DNA of 63,837 nucleotides, counting the filler, from Nitrospirae bacterium CG2_30_53_67 (lineage in GTDB: Bacteria > CG2-30-53-67): the NCBI GenBank assembly GCA_001873285.1. It is 5 parts of 5 records of this genome, joined end to end, with 100 filler letters (N's around TTAATTAATTAA, not from the genome) between each part and the next. Parts side by side here need not be neighbours in the genome. Positions count along the whole stretch, not along the records: positions 1 to 20,428 come from MNYV01000166.1; 4 more parts are not named here. One strand, 5' to 3'. Positions 9,981-19,695 of this stretch are shown here, in pieces. The position numbers and the translations under genes are program-made. A model generated the notes under the pieces. That model worked only from the letters and a program-made list of their open reading frames with translations, was not told where the DNA came from and did not search any database. Within the stretch, counting starts at the first letter, position 1. Each line of letters starts with the position of its first letter.

Positions 9981-10688
9981 TCATAACAGGAAATCGATCA
10001 TCCGGTCGAAGATCGGCCAGATGGTGAAGTTCAGAATGCCGCTCATGATGATCAGGACCAGGATGAGCATTCCATAGGGTTCAACCTTGGCCAGGGCCAC
10101 GGCTTTTTTCTGCGGGAGAATCCCCACCATGATCCTTCCGCCGTCCAGAGGCGGCACGGGGATCAGGTTAAAAAGCATCAGCAGGATGTTGATGACCACG
10201 CCCGTGCCCGCCATCAGGACCAGGGGTGTGGCCAGGAAAGATACCGCGGAATGGTCTCCCCAGGAAGGGATCTTTAATGTTGATATAAATATATGGAATA
10301 CCACCTTGAGCGAAGGAGAGGATAGGACGAGGACCGTGTAGATCAATGTAAAGATCAGAGCCAGGATCAGATTGGTTGCCGGCCCGGCGCCTGCGACATA
10401 GATCATATCGTGTTTCGGATTCCTAAGGTTTCTGAAATTGACCGGGACCGGTTTGGCCCAGCCGAAGAGAAATTTCGACCCGATCAGGATCAGAAAGAGC
10501 GGCAGAAGGATGGTCCCCATCAGGTCGATATGGGGCAGGGGGTTGAGCGTCAACCTCCCCATGCTTCTTGCCGTGGTATCCCCGAATTTTTCGGCAACCC
10601 ATCCATGAGCCACCTCATGCAGGATAATGGAGAAGATAATGGGCGGCGCCATGACCGCTGCAACCTGAATATATTGAGCAAAGTCCAT
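9981..10688 (-). CDS. Site-2 protease (M50) family membrane metalloprotease
   Basis: HEVAH, GWAKPVPVN and FNLIPVPPLDG motifs. Confidence 0.92.
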   Translation of the reverse strand: MDFAQYIQVAAVMAPPIIFSIILHEVAHGWVAEKFGDTTARSMGRLTLNPLPHIDLMGTILLPLFLILIGSKFLFGWAKPVPVNFRNLRNPKHDMIYVAGAGPATNLILALIFTLIYTVLVLSSPSLKVVFHIFISTLKIPSWGDHSAVSFLATPLVLMAGTGVVINILLMLFNLIPVPPLDGGRIMVGILPQKKAVALAKVEPYGMLILVLIIMSGILNFTIWPIFDRMIDFLL

Positions 10689-10797
10689 CCATAATCCTAT
10701 GAATTTCAAAAGGTTTCAAGCATTTGATTTTCAGATGTCCGACCAAAATGTATCGAAAAAAACTATCAGAACGGGGGTTCAATGTCAATGATTTTGT

Positions 10798-10876
10798 ACA
10801 ATGACAACCATATGTAATCCTGATGTATGCCAACCCCCGATCGTAGTCGAGGGCAGGCATTTTTGTCGTAGACATG
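10798..10876. repeat. Degenerate right end of the GGGT(G/C)TGCGACA miniature element with a REP unit
   Basis: ACAATGACAACCATATGTAATCCTGATGT...CCCCCGATCGTAGTCGAGGGCAGGC..TTTTGTCG, matching 21978-22055 and 48180-48233. Confidence 0.6.
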
Positions 10877-10900
10877 CCGGTTCCATAATTAACATTTAGG

Positions 10901-11140
10901 TAAACCTCCGGCTCTGCCGGGGGACTCCCAGAGTTTGACAATTCCGGGAGTATGCAGTTAACTGAAATGTTTTACCCCTCACCCTTCCCCTCTCCCACAA
11001 GGGGCGAGGGAACTGCCAGTGGACTTCCCCTCCCTTGAGGGGAGGGGATTAAGGGGAGGGTGTTCTTAACCGTTTGCGAATAGGCCCCTTTGAGGGGCCG
11101 GCAAACGTCAAGTCTCCGGCTTTGCCGGAGGTCACTGACT
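10901..11140. mobile_element. Non-autonomous IS200/IS605-like miniature element (copy 2)
   Basis: Co-linear with 3308-3546 and has the same terminal hairpins. Confidence 0.6.
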
Positions 11141-11211
11141 AGTTGAATTACCTATGCGAAGTCCATTATAGTATAAGGTGCAAAGATTCCATCACCGATC
11201 ATGGAGGCTGA

Positions 11212-12363
11212 ATGCGTATGCGGATCGGAATTGTGGGCGCCGGGATATCGGGACTCTATCTCACATCGCTTCTCGGGGCGAAGGGATATGAGGTTTCCCT
11301 GTATGATCCCAGGACGCCGTGGGAGAAGCCTTGCGGGGGCGGAATCACGTTCCGGACCTACAGCGCATTCCCTGTTCTCGATGGCTTCCGCTCACAGTGC
11401 CTTGCCGTGCATCACATGAGGATGGTTGCTGCGGACGGGGAGTATTGCACGGTTTCTTATCCCGATCCGATCCTGATTGCCTCTCGGCAGGAGCTTGGGG
11501 CCTACCTGCTTACGAGCCTCGAATCCAAAGAGAGCGTGAAGCTCATCCGGGCGAATGTGGACCGGGTGGTCCCCCAGGGCCGGAGGTGGCGTCTGTCCGC
11601 CGCCGGCAGAAGAGATTCGTGCGATCTCCTGATCGGAGCGGACGGCGTGAACAGCCTGGTCCGGAGAACCGTGGCGGCGCGTTTTTCCAAGGAGGAGACT
11701 GCGCTCGCCGTGGGTTACTGGGTGGAGGGAGCGCCTGAAGAACCTGAGGTGATGATCGGTTTTCTATCGGGCCTCTCCGGGTATATCTGGGTCTTCCCCA
11801 GAAAGGATCATCTCTCTGCAGGGATTGCCGTGAGAACAGGCGAGACGACCGGGAAAAAACTTTTCTCATGCCTCGATGGTTTTTTAAAGAAAAATCTCCC
11901 CGGCTTTGAGAAGAGAAATCGGACAAGATATTCGGCCCTGATCCCGTCGCTTTCCAGCCGGGGGCTTTCGGCCAATCGAATCTGCGGCGAGAACTGGGCC
12001 TTGACCGGGGACGCGGCAGGTTTTGTGGATCCGCTCACGGGCGAGGGGATCTATTATGCCTTCCGTTCCGCCGAGCTTCTCTTTGAGGCCATCTCCTGCG
12101 GGAGGCTCATGGCCTATGAAGAGGCCTGCCGCAAGGATATCGTTCCTGAATTAGACTGCGCCTCTTCCTATGTGCACAGGTTCTACGATCCGGAGGTGAC
12201 GGCCCGCCTGGTGACGCTTTCCAGGGATCATCCCGCCGTCCGGAATCTCGTGGCGGACCTGGCGGCCGGGACCCAGGGGTATCTTTCCCTGAAGAAAGAA
12301 GTCCTGAAGATCCTCCCCGGTCTGACTCGGGATGTTCTGTCGGGGATCTTCAAAAAGAGGTGA
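11212..12363 (+). CDS. Geranylgeranyl reductase family FAD-dependent oxidoreductase
   Basis: GAGISG, KPCGGG, GADG, GYIWVFP and GDAAGFVDPLTGEGI motifs. Confidence 0.88.
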   Translation: MRMRIGIVGAGISGLYLTSLLGAKGYEVSLYDPRTPWEKPCGGGITFRTYSAFPVLDGFRSQCLAVHHMRMVAADGEYCTVSYPDPILIASRQELGAYLLTSLESKESVKLIRANVDRVVPQGRRWRLSAAGRRDSCDLLIGADGVNSLVRRTVAARFSKEETALAVGYWVEGAPEEPEVMIGFLSGLSGYIWVFPRKDHLSAGIAVRTGETTGKKLFSCLDGFLKKNLPGFEKRNRTRYSALIPSLSSRGLSANRICGENWALTGDAAGFVDPLTGEGIYYAFRSAELLFEAISCGRLMAYEEACRKDIVPELDCASSYVHRFYDPEVTARLVTLSRDHPAVRNLVADLAAGTQGYLSLKKEVLKILPGLTRDVLSGIFKKR

Positions 12364-12367
12364 TGCG

Positions 12368-14302
12368 TTATCCATCCTCCTCATCCAGCGTTTCTCTCAC
12401 CCGACTCAGAAGATCCCCGGGCGTTATGGGCTTTGAGACAAAGGCAACATTCTTTTCAAGGCCTTCCAGTCCTTTGAAACCGTTTGCCGTATATCCGCTG
12501 ATGAAAATAGCCTTGATGCCGGTCTTTATCTTTATGATTTCGTCATAAGCCTCTTTGCCGTTTTTTTTCGGCATCAGCATATCGAGCAGGACGAGCTGAA
12601 TATCGTCTTTCTTCTCTTTGAACTTGAGAACCGCGTCATCTCCATTTTCCGCCATGATGGTTTTATATCCGCCCATGGTCAATACGGTCTGCAGGAGCTT
12701 CCGCAACGTGTCGTCATCCTCGGCCACCAGGATGGTCTCCCCCCCTCCAGGAAGATGCTCATGTTTCTTTGTCGGTTTCCTTTCAACAGGCGGCTCGATT
12801 AAAGGGAAATAAATCCTGAATAACGTTCCTTTGCCCGGCTCGCTGTCCACTAAAATATAACCATGATGCTGTTTGACGATACCGTATACGAGTGCAAGCC
12901 CGAGCCCGGTCCCCCGCCCTATTTCCTTGGTTGTGAAAAACGGTTCGAATATTCTCCTTTTTGTTTCTTCATCCATGCCGATGCCAGTGTCAGACACGGA
13001 AACCAGCGCATACCTTCCGTGTTTGACATAGCTCTGGGATTTCAGGAATTCTTCATCGGCATCGACAACCTTTGATCGTATGGTCAGAACGCCGCCCTTC
13101 GGCATAGCGTCCCGTGCGTTGACGATGAGGTTCATCATAACCTGCTCGATCTGGCCTGAATCAGCCATCATGATCACCTCTCCCTCTCCGAGCATGGTCC
13201 TGATTTCGATGTTTTCTCCGATCAGCCTTGCCGTAAACCGCTCCATATTCCGTATGATCTCGTTCAAATTCAACGGCTGCGTGTTCATGACCTGCTGACT
13301 GCTGAATGCAAGCAGGCTGTGCGTCAGCTTGGCGGCCCGTTCAGCGGACTCGAGTATCTGCGTCACATCGTCTCTCTCCGGATCGTCTTTTTGCATCTTC
13401 ATCTGCACGATATTGGCGTAGCCCATGATGGCCGTAAGGATATTGTTAAAATCGTGCGCAATACCGCCCGCCAGGGTCCCGACGGCTTCCATCTTCTGCG
13501 CGTGGCGAAGCTGGTCTTCGAGCGTCTTCTTTTCCGTTATGTTATTCAATGTCTCGATGACCGCAGTCACCTTTCCGGAGGCGTCTTTCATGGGATAGGA
13601 TTTCGTCTCTATATAAACAGGATTGCCGTCGCTGTCATAGTGCGTATGGACGGCCGCGCAAGGCTCCCCGGTCTTAAAGGTATGTGCCGGAGGGCATTCC
13701 TCTCCTGCATCAAAACAGGGCCGGTCCCGATGATGCGAAACATCGTAACAGTGTTCTCCTACGATATTATTGGCCGTACACTTCACCTGTTCGCAGTATG
13801 CCTTGTTAGCGGAGACGATCCGGTACTCAGGGTCTATGACAATAAAACCCTCATCAACGGTATCGAGTATTTTCTTTATGAATTCCTCGCTTTTTATCAA
13901 CGCCTCTTTGGTTTGATGCATTTCAGTGACGTCCCGCAGGATCTGGATCAGATGAGTAACATGGCCTTTTTCATCTCTGATGGGAAAGGAAGCGATATGG
14001 AATGTTTTTTTCGCGCCGTCAGGCATGGTATGGGTATGCACCACCGATGTTGCCCTGCCGTTTTGAAACGCTTCGGCATGGGGGCAGATGATCTCCTGAA
14101 GGCATTCTTCGGGGCAGGGCGTGGGGCATCCATGTGACAGGTCGTGGCATTTTTTCTTGTTGACATCTTCTGCCGTCAGCCCATTGCATAAATCGAGCAT
14201 GGCCTTGTTGGCGAACACGATGTTGAAATCCCTGTCTATGACGAATATGCCGTCTGAGACGGCGTCAAGGATCTCTTGCTTGTATTTGTTGATCTCGTTC
14301 AT
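12368..14302 (-). CDS. Hybrid sensor histidine kinase (2x PAS-HisKA-HATPase-REC)
   Basis: LAGGIAHDFNN, FEPFFTTK..GRGTGLGL and a C-terminal receiver domain; both PAS domains are Cys/His-rich. Confidence 0.93.
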   Translation of the reverse strand: MNEINKYKQEILDAVSDGIFVIDRDFNIVFANKAMLDLCNGLTAEDVNKKKCHDLSHGCPTPCPEECLQEIICPHAEAFQNGRATSVVHTHTMPDGAKKTFHIASFPIRDEKGHVTHLIQILRDVTEMHQTKEALIKSEEFIKKILDTVDEGFIVIDPEYRIVSANKAYCEQVKCTANNIVGEHCYDVSHHRDRPCFDAGEECPPAHTFKTGEPCAAVHTHYDSDGNPVYIETKSYPMKDASGKVTAVIETLNNITEKKTLEDQLRHAQKMEAVGTLAGGIAHDFNNILTAIMGYANIVQMKMQKDDPERDDVTQILESAERAAKLTHSLLAFSSQQVMNTQPLNLNEIIRNMERFTARLIGENIEIRTMLGEGEVIMMADSGQIEQVMMNLIVNARDAMPKGGVLTIRSKVVDADEEFLKSQSYVKHGRYALVSVSDTGIGMDEETKRRIFEPFFTTKEIGRGTGLGLALVYGIVKQHHGYILVDSEPGKGTLFRIYFPLIEPPVERKPTKKHEHLPGGGETILVAEDDDTLRKLLQTVLTMGGYKTIMAENGDDAVLKFKEKKDDIQLVLLDMLMPKKNGKEAYDEIIKIKTGIKAIFISGYTANGFKGLEGLEKNVAFVSKPITPGDLLSRVRETLDEEDG

Positions 14303-14333
14303 GGTTTCCCTACCGATCCGATGTGCGTTTTCA

Positions 14334-14564
14334 TTATATCAGTTTTGTGAAACCTCTGTCGTAATACTCGCTTTTGTAAAAGTCACACTCGACGCAGCTT
14401 TGTATCTTCTTGGCAAAAGTTCCCTGCACCTTGTTGCCACACAGCGTTCCGGTTACGCGGGCGCAATGGGTCCCATGGTCGGGATACGCCGGACAGACAC
14501 CCAACTCAGCGGCCTTTGCCCCTGCTTTTTCACGTCCGCACTTCTTGAATTCCCAGCAGTTCAT
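14334..14564 (-). CDS. Small Cys-rich 'two-CW'-type domain protein
   Basis: NCWEFKKC...CPA...C.RVTGTLC.NKVQGTFA.K...CVECDFY pattern. Confidence 0.8.
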   Translation of the reverse strand: MNCWEFKKCGREKAGAKAAELGVCPAYPDHGTHCARVTGTLCGNKVQGTFAKKIQSCVECDFYKSEYYDRGFTKLI

Positions 14565-14787
14565 TCATGATCTCCTTTTAGAAGCGATGCCTGCCTCTGC
14601 GATAGAATAATATTAAAATGTTGAGATACTATTATAATTATAATTATAAATCAATATAAAAATTAAGATAGGCATAAACAGCTTTGATGTTTTCATATAT
14701 TCTGTTTTTGGGTCCGGGGCAGGACTTGATAAAGCGGCTTCTATGTGTTATATATATAAATATGTTTTAAAAGAAAAGGCATCACAC

Positions 14788-15084
14788 ATGGAACGAAAAA
14801 ACTGCTGGGAAATGAAGGAATGCGGACGGCAGCCGGGCGGCGCAAATATTGAGATGATGGGAACATGCCCGGCGGCTTTGCCTAATGAATATGATCATAC
14901 GAATAGAGGCAAGTATGCCGGCAGGTTTTGCTGGGCCGTTACCGGAACGCTCTGCGGAGGTCAAATACAGGGCACATTTGCCAGGAAGATGAAGGATTGT
15001 CTTCATTGTGAATTTCTAAAGCGGGTCCATGAGGAAGAAGGCCGCTTCTTCATACTGACTCCGAATATGATTAAAGATGAATGA
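14788..15084 (+). CDS. Small Cys-rich 'two-CW'-type domain protein
   Basis: NCWEMKEC...CPA...GRFCWAVTGTLCGGQIQGTFARK..DCLHCEF; paralogous to the divergent neighbour. Confidence 0.85.
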   Translation: MERKNCWEMKECGRQPGGANIEMMGTCPAALPNEYDHTNRGKYAGRFCWAVTGTLCGGQIQGTFARKMKDCLHCEFLKRVHEEEGRFFILTPNMIKDE

Positions 15085-15157
15085 TAGTGAGAGGCATCGA
15101 GGACTGCGCCTGTGCAGGGTTTGCAGTCAGGTCCCCTTTGAGTGAGGTCAGAGCCGT

Positions 15158-16426
15158 TTGGACGTCCCCTTATTTGTTTATATCCTTTTTTCGTTCAGCT
15201 TAATTGCGCTATCCTCCTTCGTATCCGGTTCCAAGAAATCCTTCTTTGTCCTGGATCAGTCGGAGGTGCGGGCCATGGCCGAGGCGGATGAAAGCCCGGC
15301 CCTGCGTTTTCTGACTCAAAGGCCTCAGGAGACGCTCCTGACCCTCCTGATCCTGCATCAGGCCATCTGGATCCTTCTGGTCGTCGTCACGGTCTGGGTG
15401 TTTCGGGATGCCCCGTGCAGGGTCCTTGCCCTCATGGTCCTCTTCATAGTCTATCTCTTCTTCGGCAGATTCCTTCCCAGGACCTTGGTCCAGGGGAGGG
15501 AGGTCCGGTATATCCGGAGCGTATCTCCCGTTCTCAAGGTCTTTTATTTCATGATCACTCCGGTCCGTTTTGTACTCGATAAAGTTTCCTCCATCATATT
15601 AAGGGAAGGATGGATCCAGGAAAAGCGTGTGATCCAGGACCGGGATTTTAAGAAACTCGTCATGAAACCTTCGCCAGGCCCTGAGATGTATGAGCGGGAG
15701 ATGATACAGAATGTCATGGATTTCCGAAAGACGCTGGTCAAGGAGGTCATGACCCCTCGGCCGGACATGTTCTGTGTCAACGTGGAGGAGGATGTGTCCC
15801 GTATGATTCAGAAGGTCAAGGCGGCGAGCTTTTCCAGGATACCGGTTTATGCCGGGGATTGGGATCACATTGTCGGCATCCTGTACGCCAAGGACCTTCT
15901 CCCCCTGGTTCTTAAAGGGGTTTCACCAGGCCAGAAACTGCCCGGCAATCTCCTGCATCCGGCCATGCATGTCCCTGAGACCAAACGGATCAGCGAACTT
16001 CTGAGGGAATTCAAGAAGCAGAATGTTCATATGGCCATGGTGGTGGACGAATACGGCGGCGTGGAAGGCCTGGTCTGCCTCGAGGACCTTCTTGAGGAGA
16101 TTGTCGGCGAGATCCAGGATGAGGGGGACATCGAGGAGAAACTCGTGGAAAAGGTTGACGAGCAGACCTGCAGGATCTCCGCCATGCTCCCACTGGAGGA
16201 TTTCAACGACCTTTTTCATGCCGCAATCGAGAGTGAGGACTATGAAACCATCGGGGGCTTTGTCGTAGACCAGCTCGGTCATTTCCCGAAGTGGGGGGAG
16301 AAGATCGTATACGGCGGTCTTGAGATCTCGGTGTACCGAATCAAGGACGTCCGGATCCTGGAACTGATGGTCACGGACCTCGGCGCGCACCAAGAGGACG
16401 ACGGCGGTCCGGACATAAACGGGTAG
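15158..16426 (+). CDS. CNNM/CorC (hemolysin-like) DUF21-CBS-CorC_HlyC protein
   Basis: TM region, VKEVMTPR, FSRIPVY, VDEYGG..GLV.LEDLLEEIVGEI and YETIGG motifs. Confidence 0.9.
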   Translation: MDVPLFVYILFSFSLIALSSFVSGSKKSFFVLDQSEVRAMAEADESPALRFLTQRPQETLLTLLILHQAIWILLVVVTVWVFRDAPCRVLALMVLFIVYLFFGRFLPRTLVQGREVRYIRSVSPVLKVFYFMITPVRFVLDKVSSIILREGWIQEKRVIQDRDFKKLVMKPSPGPEMYEREMIQNVMDFRKTLVKEVMTPRPDMFCVNVEEDVSRMIQKVKAASFSRIPVYAGDWDHIVGILYAKDLLPLVLKGVSPGQKLPGNLLHPAMHVPETKRISELLREFKKQNVHMAMVVDEYGGVEGLVCLEDLLEEIVGEIQDEGDIEEKLVEKVDEQTCRISAMLPLEDFNDLFHAAIESEDYETIGGFVVDQLGHFPKWGEKIVYGGLEISVYRIKDVRILELMVTDLGAHQEDDGGPDING

Positions 16427-16433
16427 ACGTTTT

Positions 16434-17720
16434 ATGCTGATGAGTGTATGGCTGATCATAGGGGTTTTTGCAGGCGTCCTGGGCGAAGCCTTCTTTGCCG
16501 TTTCCGAGATCTCTCTCATGGTCTCCGACAAACTGACGCTTCTCGATCTCAAGGATAAGCAGAAACCCGGGGCCATGCCCCTGTTGCGCATTCTCTCCGA
16601 TCCCCGGAAGATCTCTTATGCCCTGATGATCGGTACGGTCTTTTCAGCGGGGATCAGTACCCTCTTTCTGTCGGTTTTCGTTTTTCGGATGTTCCCCGGC
16701 ATCTCGCTCGCGGCATCCATCATCATGATCTTTTGTGTTCAGCTCCCCCTGCTGATCATCTTTGGGGAGATCATCCCCAGAGTGTTTTTTTATCACCGGG
16801 CGGAGGATGCCGCCCTCCTGATCGCCAGGCCCCTTTCGTACAGCATGGACCTCTTCAAGCCGCTTATTGAACTTTCAGTCCGCTTTCATAGTCTAGTCCG
16901 GAAATTTACAGGCGTGAAAGAACCGTCGGAGAATCCCTTTGTTGAAGACGAGGATCTGGAGTGGATCAGGCGGTTCGCCCAAGGGAGCGAGAAGCTCAAG
17001 CTGGAGGATGTCCGGATCATCAGGAAGATCTTTGACTTCAGTGACATCCGTGTCCGTCACATCCTTGTCCCCATGGATCAGGTGATCTCGGTGAGCGAGA
17101 AAGCATCCGTAACACAGGCCATGGATGAGGTCGTCAGAAACGGGTACACGAGGCTCCCGGTATACCGGGGAGACAGAACACGGATCGTCGGCCTGCTGCA
17201 TGCCCTGGACCTTTTGCGCATCCAGCCGCTTGACCGGGAGATTGCGGACTACTGCGCGAAACCCTTTTTCGTAAAACCGGACACTCTGATCCGGGACCTT
17301 TTCAAATCCATGCAGAAACGGGGAATCATGATGTCGGTGGTCCTGGGAGACGATGGGACTGCACAGGGGATCATCACCATGGAAGACATCCTTGAAGAGA
17401 TCTTCGGGGAGATTGAGGATGAGTATGATCTGAAGGACCAGCTCTGCCGGGAGGTCAGCGAAAATGAATATCTGGCTGACGCCCGGATCGGCATTCAGGA
17501 ACTGAATGAACAGCTCCACCTTGATATTCCGGGCAACGGTTACAGGACACTGAACGGCTACATCCTCCACTATCTGCGCCGGGTCCCGCAGGAGGGGGAA
17601 CGGTTCACCATCGTGAACCTGATGTTCAAGATCGAACTGGCGGATGAACGGCAGATCTATAAACTCTTCTTAAGGAAGCTGCAGCCGGTTAAAAAGGAAA
17701 ACGGGCCTTTTCCCACTTGA
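16434..17720 (+). CDS. CNNM/CorC (hemolysin-like) DUF21-CBS-CorC_HlyC protein
   Basis: FFAVSEISL, FGEIIPR, YTRLPVY and GIITMEDILEEIFGEIEDEYD motifs. Confidence 0.9.
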   Translation: MLMSVWLIIGVFAGVLGEAFFAVSEISLMVSDKLTLLDLKDKQKPGAMPLLRILSDPRKISYALMIGTVFSAGISTLFLSVFVFRMFPGISLAASIIMIFCVQLPLLIIFGEIIPRVFFYHRAEDAALLIARPLSYSMDLFKPLIELSVRFHSLVRKFTGVKEPSENPFVEDEDLEWIRRFAQGSEKLKLEDVRIIRKIFDFSDIRVRHILVPMDQVISVSEKASVTQAMDEVVRNGYTRLPVYRGDRTRIVGLLHALDLLRIQPLDREIADYCAKPFFVKPDTLIRDLFKSMQKRGIMMSVVLGDDGTAQGIITMEDILEEIFGEIEDEYDLKDQLCREVSENEYLADARIGIQELNEQLHLDIPGNGYRTLNGYILHYLRRVPQEGERFTIVNLMFKIELADERQIYKLFLRKLQPVKKENGPFPT

Positions 17721-17742
17721 GGAAGGACAGATAATAACTTAC

Positions 17743-18013
17743 GGTTCATCTCCAAAAGAGTGAGTGAAGACATCAGGGGTCAAGGGGTCAAGGATTCCAG
17801 GGGTCAAGTGAAGTTCTCAAACACTACAAGGAGTTAAAGGAAGGGCCCCAGTCTTATCAATTATGCTTGGAGATTTATAAAATAACAAAAAGATTTCCTG
17901 AGGAGGTTGAGCGGATGCTCAAGGCACTGATCAAATCACTGGAAAACAAACACTTGACCCCTTGACCCCTTGAATCCTCGAACCCTTTTTACCCAATAGA
18001 TGGGAGAAGAACC
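17743..18013 (+). mobile_element. Complete MITE carrying an internally deleted four-helix-bundle gene remnant
   Basis: TIRs GGTTCATCTCCA / TGGGAGAAGAACC. An 8-bp direct repeat TAACTTAC flanks it (17735-17742 and 18014-18021). 17813-17965 translates VLKHYKELKEGPQSYQLCLEIYKITKRFP-EEVERMLKALIKSLENKHLTP*. Confidence 0.85.
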
Positions 18014-18106
18014 TAACTTACAAATAAGGTTCTTGCCAAATTGAAGAAAAAATTTGTGTCGAATGGATTCTGGCCGGTCCGGGCGACCCCCGGATCACGC
18101 CGGTAT

Positions 18107-18487
18107 TCAGGTAATTCCAGCCAAGATCTTTTTTGCCCTTTCCAGGACAACTGACGGGTCAAAGGGCTTGGTCATATACTCATCCGCGCCCAGTTCAATC
18201 CCTTTGCTGATTTCATTGATCTGACCTCTGGCAGACAGGATGATCACATGGATGTCCGACAGCCCGGGATCGGTCTTGATCTGCCGGCAGATCTCGTATC
18301 CGTTCTTGCTGGGGAGCATGATGTCCAGAAAGATAAGGCAGGGCCGTTCTTTTTCGATCAATTTCATGGCCTCTTCCCCGTCTTCGGCGGTGATCACGTC
18401 GAGTTTTCCCACCCGTTCCAGTTGAAACTGAAGGGAGCGGAGGATGCAGGGCTCGTCGTCCACCACCAGAATCTTGTTGCTCAGCAT
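18107..18487 (-). CDS. Single-domain response regulator
   Basis: ILVVDD, LDIMLP and KPF receiver motifs. Confidence 0.92.
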   Translation of the reverse strand: MLSNKILVVDDEPCILRSLQFQLERVGKLDVITAEDGEEAMKLIEKERPCLIFLDIMLPSKNGYEICRQIKTDPGLSDIHVIILSARGQINEISKGIELGADEYMTKPFDPSVVLERAKKILAGIT

Positions 18488-18522
18488 ATGACCTCCAAAA
18501 TCGTTTTATGAAAAGGACGGGA

Positions 18523-19665
18523 TTATCCGGCCATTTCTTCCTGAGACGGCATGCTTTCCTGCAACAGGACTTTCCTGGCAAGCGGGACCGTGAAGACGAA
18601 CCGGCTTCCCTGTCCGGCGGCCCTGCCTTCCGCCCAGATCATTCCCCCATGGGCGTGGATGATCACCTTGCAGATCGGAAGCCCCAGGCCCGTTCCCTTG
18701 GGCTTGCCGGTCAGGACATTTCCCCCCTGTTTGAACTTGCTGAAGATCTCCTGCCTCTGATCTTCAGGGATCCCGATGCCGTTGTCTTCTACAGAAACCT
18801 GGATCTCATTTCCGGCGGACCTGGCGGCAATCCGGATATTTCCTTTTTGTCCGGTGAATTTGACGGCATTGCTCAGGAGATTTGTGATGACCTGCATGAG
18901 CCTGTCCGCATCTCCCATGACCATGGGGAGATCCTTCTCCACCTCGGTATCCATCCAGATCTCCTTTGCATTGCTCAATGGGGCAATGGACCCGGTTGCT
19001 TTTGTGATGATATCCGGGAGGGAGACGTCCTGCATGTTCCATTCCATCTTACCTGCCTCGAGTTTGCTGAGGTCCAGGATATCATTGACCATGCGTGTGA
19101 GCCGGTCGCTTTCCTGGTCTATAATCTTGAGAAAGTCGTTTCTCTCTTCCGGCCGGACAAGTTCATTGTTATAGAGGAGGATGTTGGAGAAGGCCTTGAT
19201 GGATGTGAGAGGGCTCCTGAACTCGTGTGAGACCATGGAGATGAAATCGGATTTCATCTGGTCCAGCTTTCTCAGTTCCTTATTGGCCCGGGTCAGTTCC
19301 TCGGTCCGGGCATGCATGGATTCGTTGAGGCTTCTGAGTTCACGATTCAGTTTTTCCATCTCCATGGATTTCTTTTTCAAATCGAATGCATTGAGATAGA
19401 GTTCGTCTGTTTTGGTATTGACCAGGAATCCCAGGATGACGAGTATGGCCACAATCAGAAGTATCCCCAGATTGTAGAGTATCGGGTAACCGGACAGATA
19501 ATTGAGGATGAGAAGAAGGGTGAACGTCATCATGATCGCGGTATTATACTGTGTGCCGAGGCATTCAAAAAATCGGCTTTCACAATAGTCGCACCGTTTA
19601 TAGAGCTTGACGTTCAGGCCCTTATAAAGAAGGCAGTTTTCGTTCTTCTTGACCTTCAATTCCAT
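18523..19665 (-). CDS. Membrane sensor histidine kinase with a Cys-rich N-terminus
   Basis: N-terminal C..CDYC....C, two TM helices, SHEFRSPL, NLLSNAVKFT and GTGLGL motifs. Confidence 0.92.
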   Translation of the reverse strand: MELKVKKNENCLLYKGLNVKLYKRCDYCESRFFECLGTQYNTAIMMTFTLLLILNYLSGYPILYNLGILLIVAILVILGFLVNTKTDELYLNAFDLKKKSMEMEKLNRELRSLNESMHARTEELTRANKELRKLDQMKSDFISMVSHEFRSPLTSIKAFSNILLYNNELVRPEERNDFLKIIDQESDRLTRMVNDILDLSKLEAGKMEWNMQDVSLPDIITKATGSIAPLSNAKEIWMDTEVEKDLPMVMGDADRLMQVITNLLSNAVKFTGQKGNIRIAARSAGNEIQVSVEDNGIGIPEDQRQEIFSKFKQGGNVLTGKPKGTGLGLPICKVIIHAHGGMIWAEGRAAGQGSRFVFTVPLARKVLLQESMPSQEEMAG

Positions 19666-19695
19666 GTTTCACATCCGCCGGCCGTTTAAGAAGGT

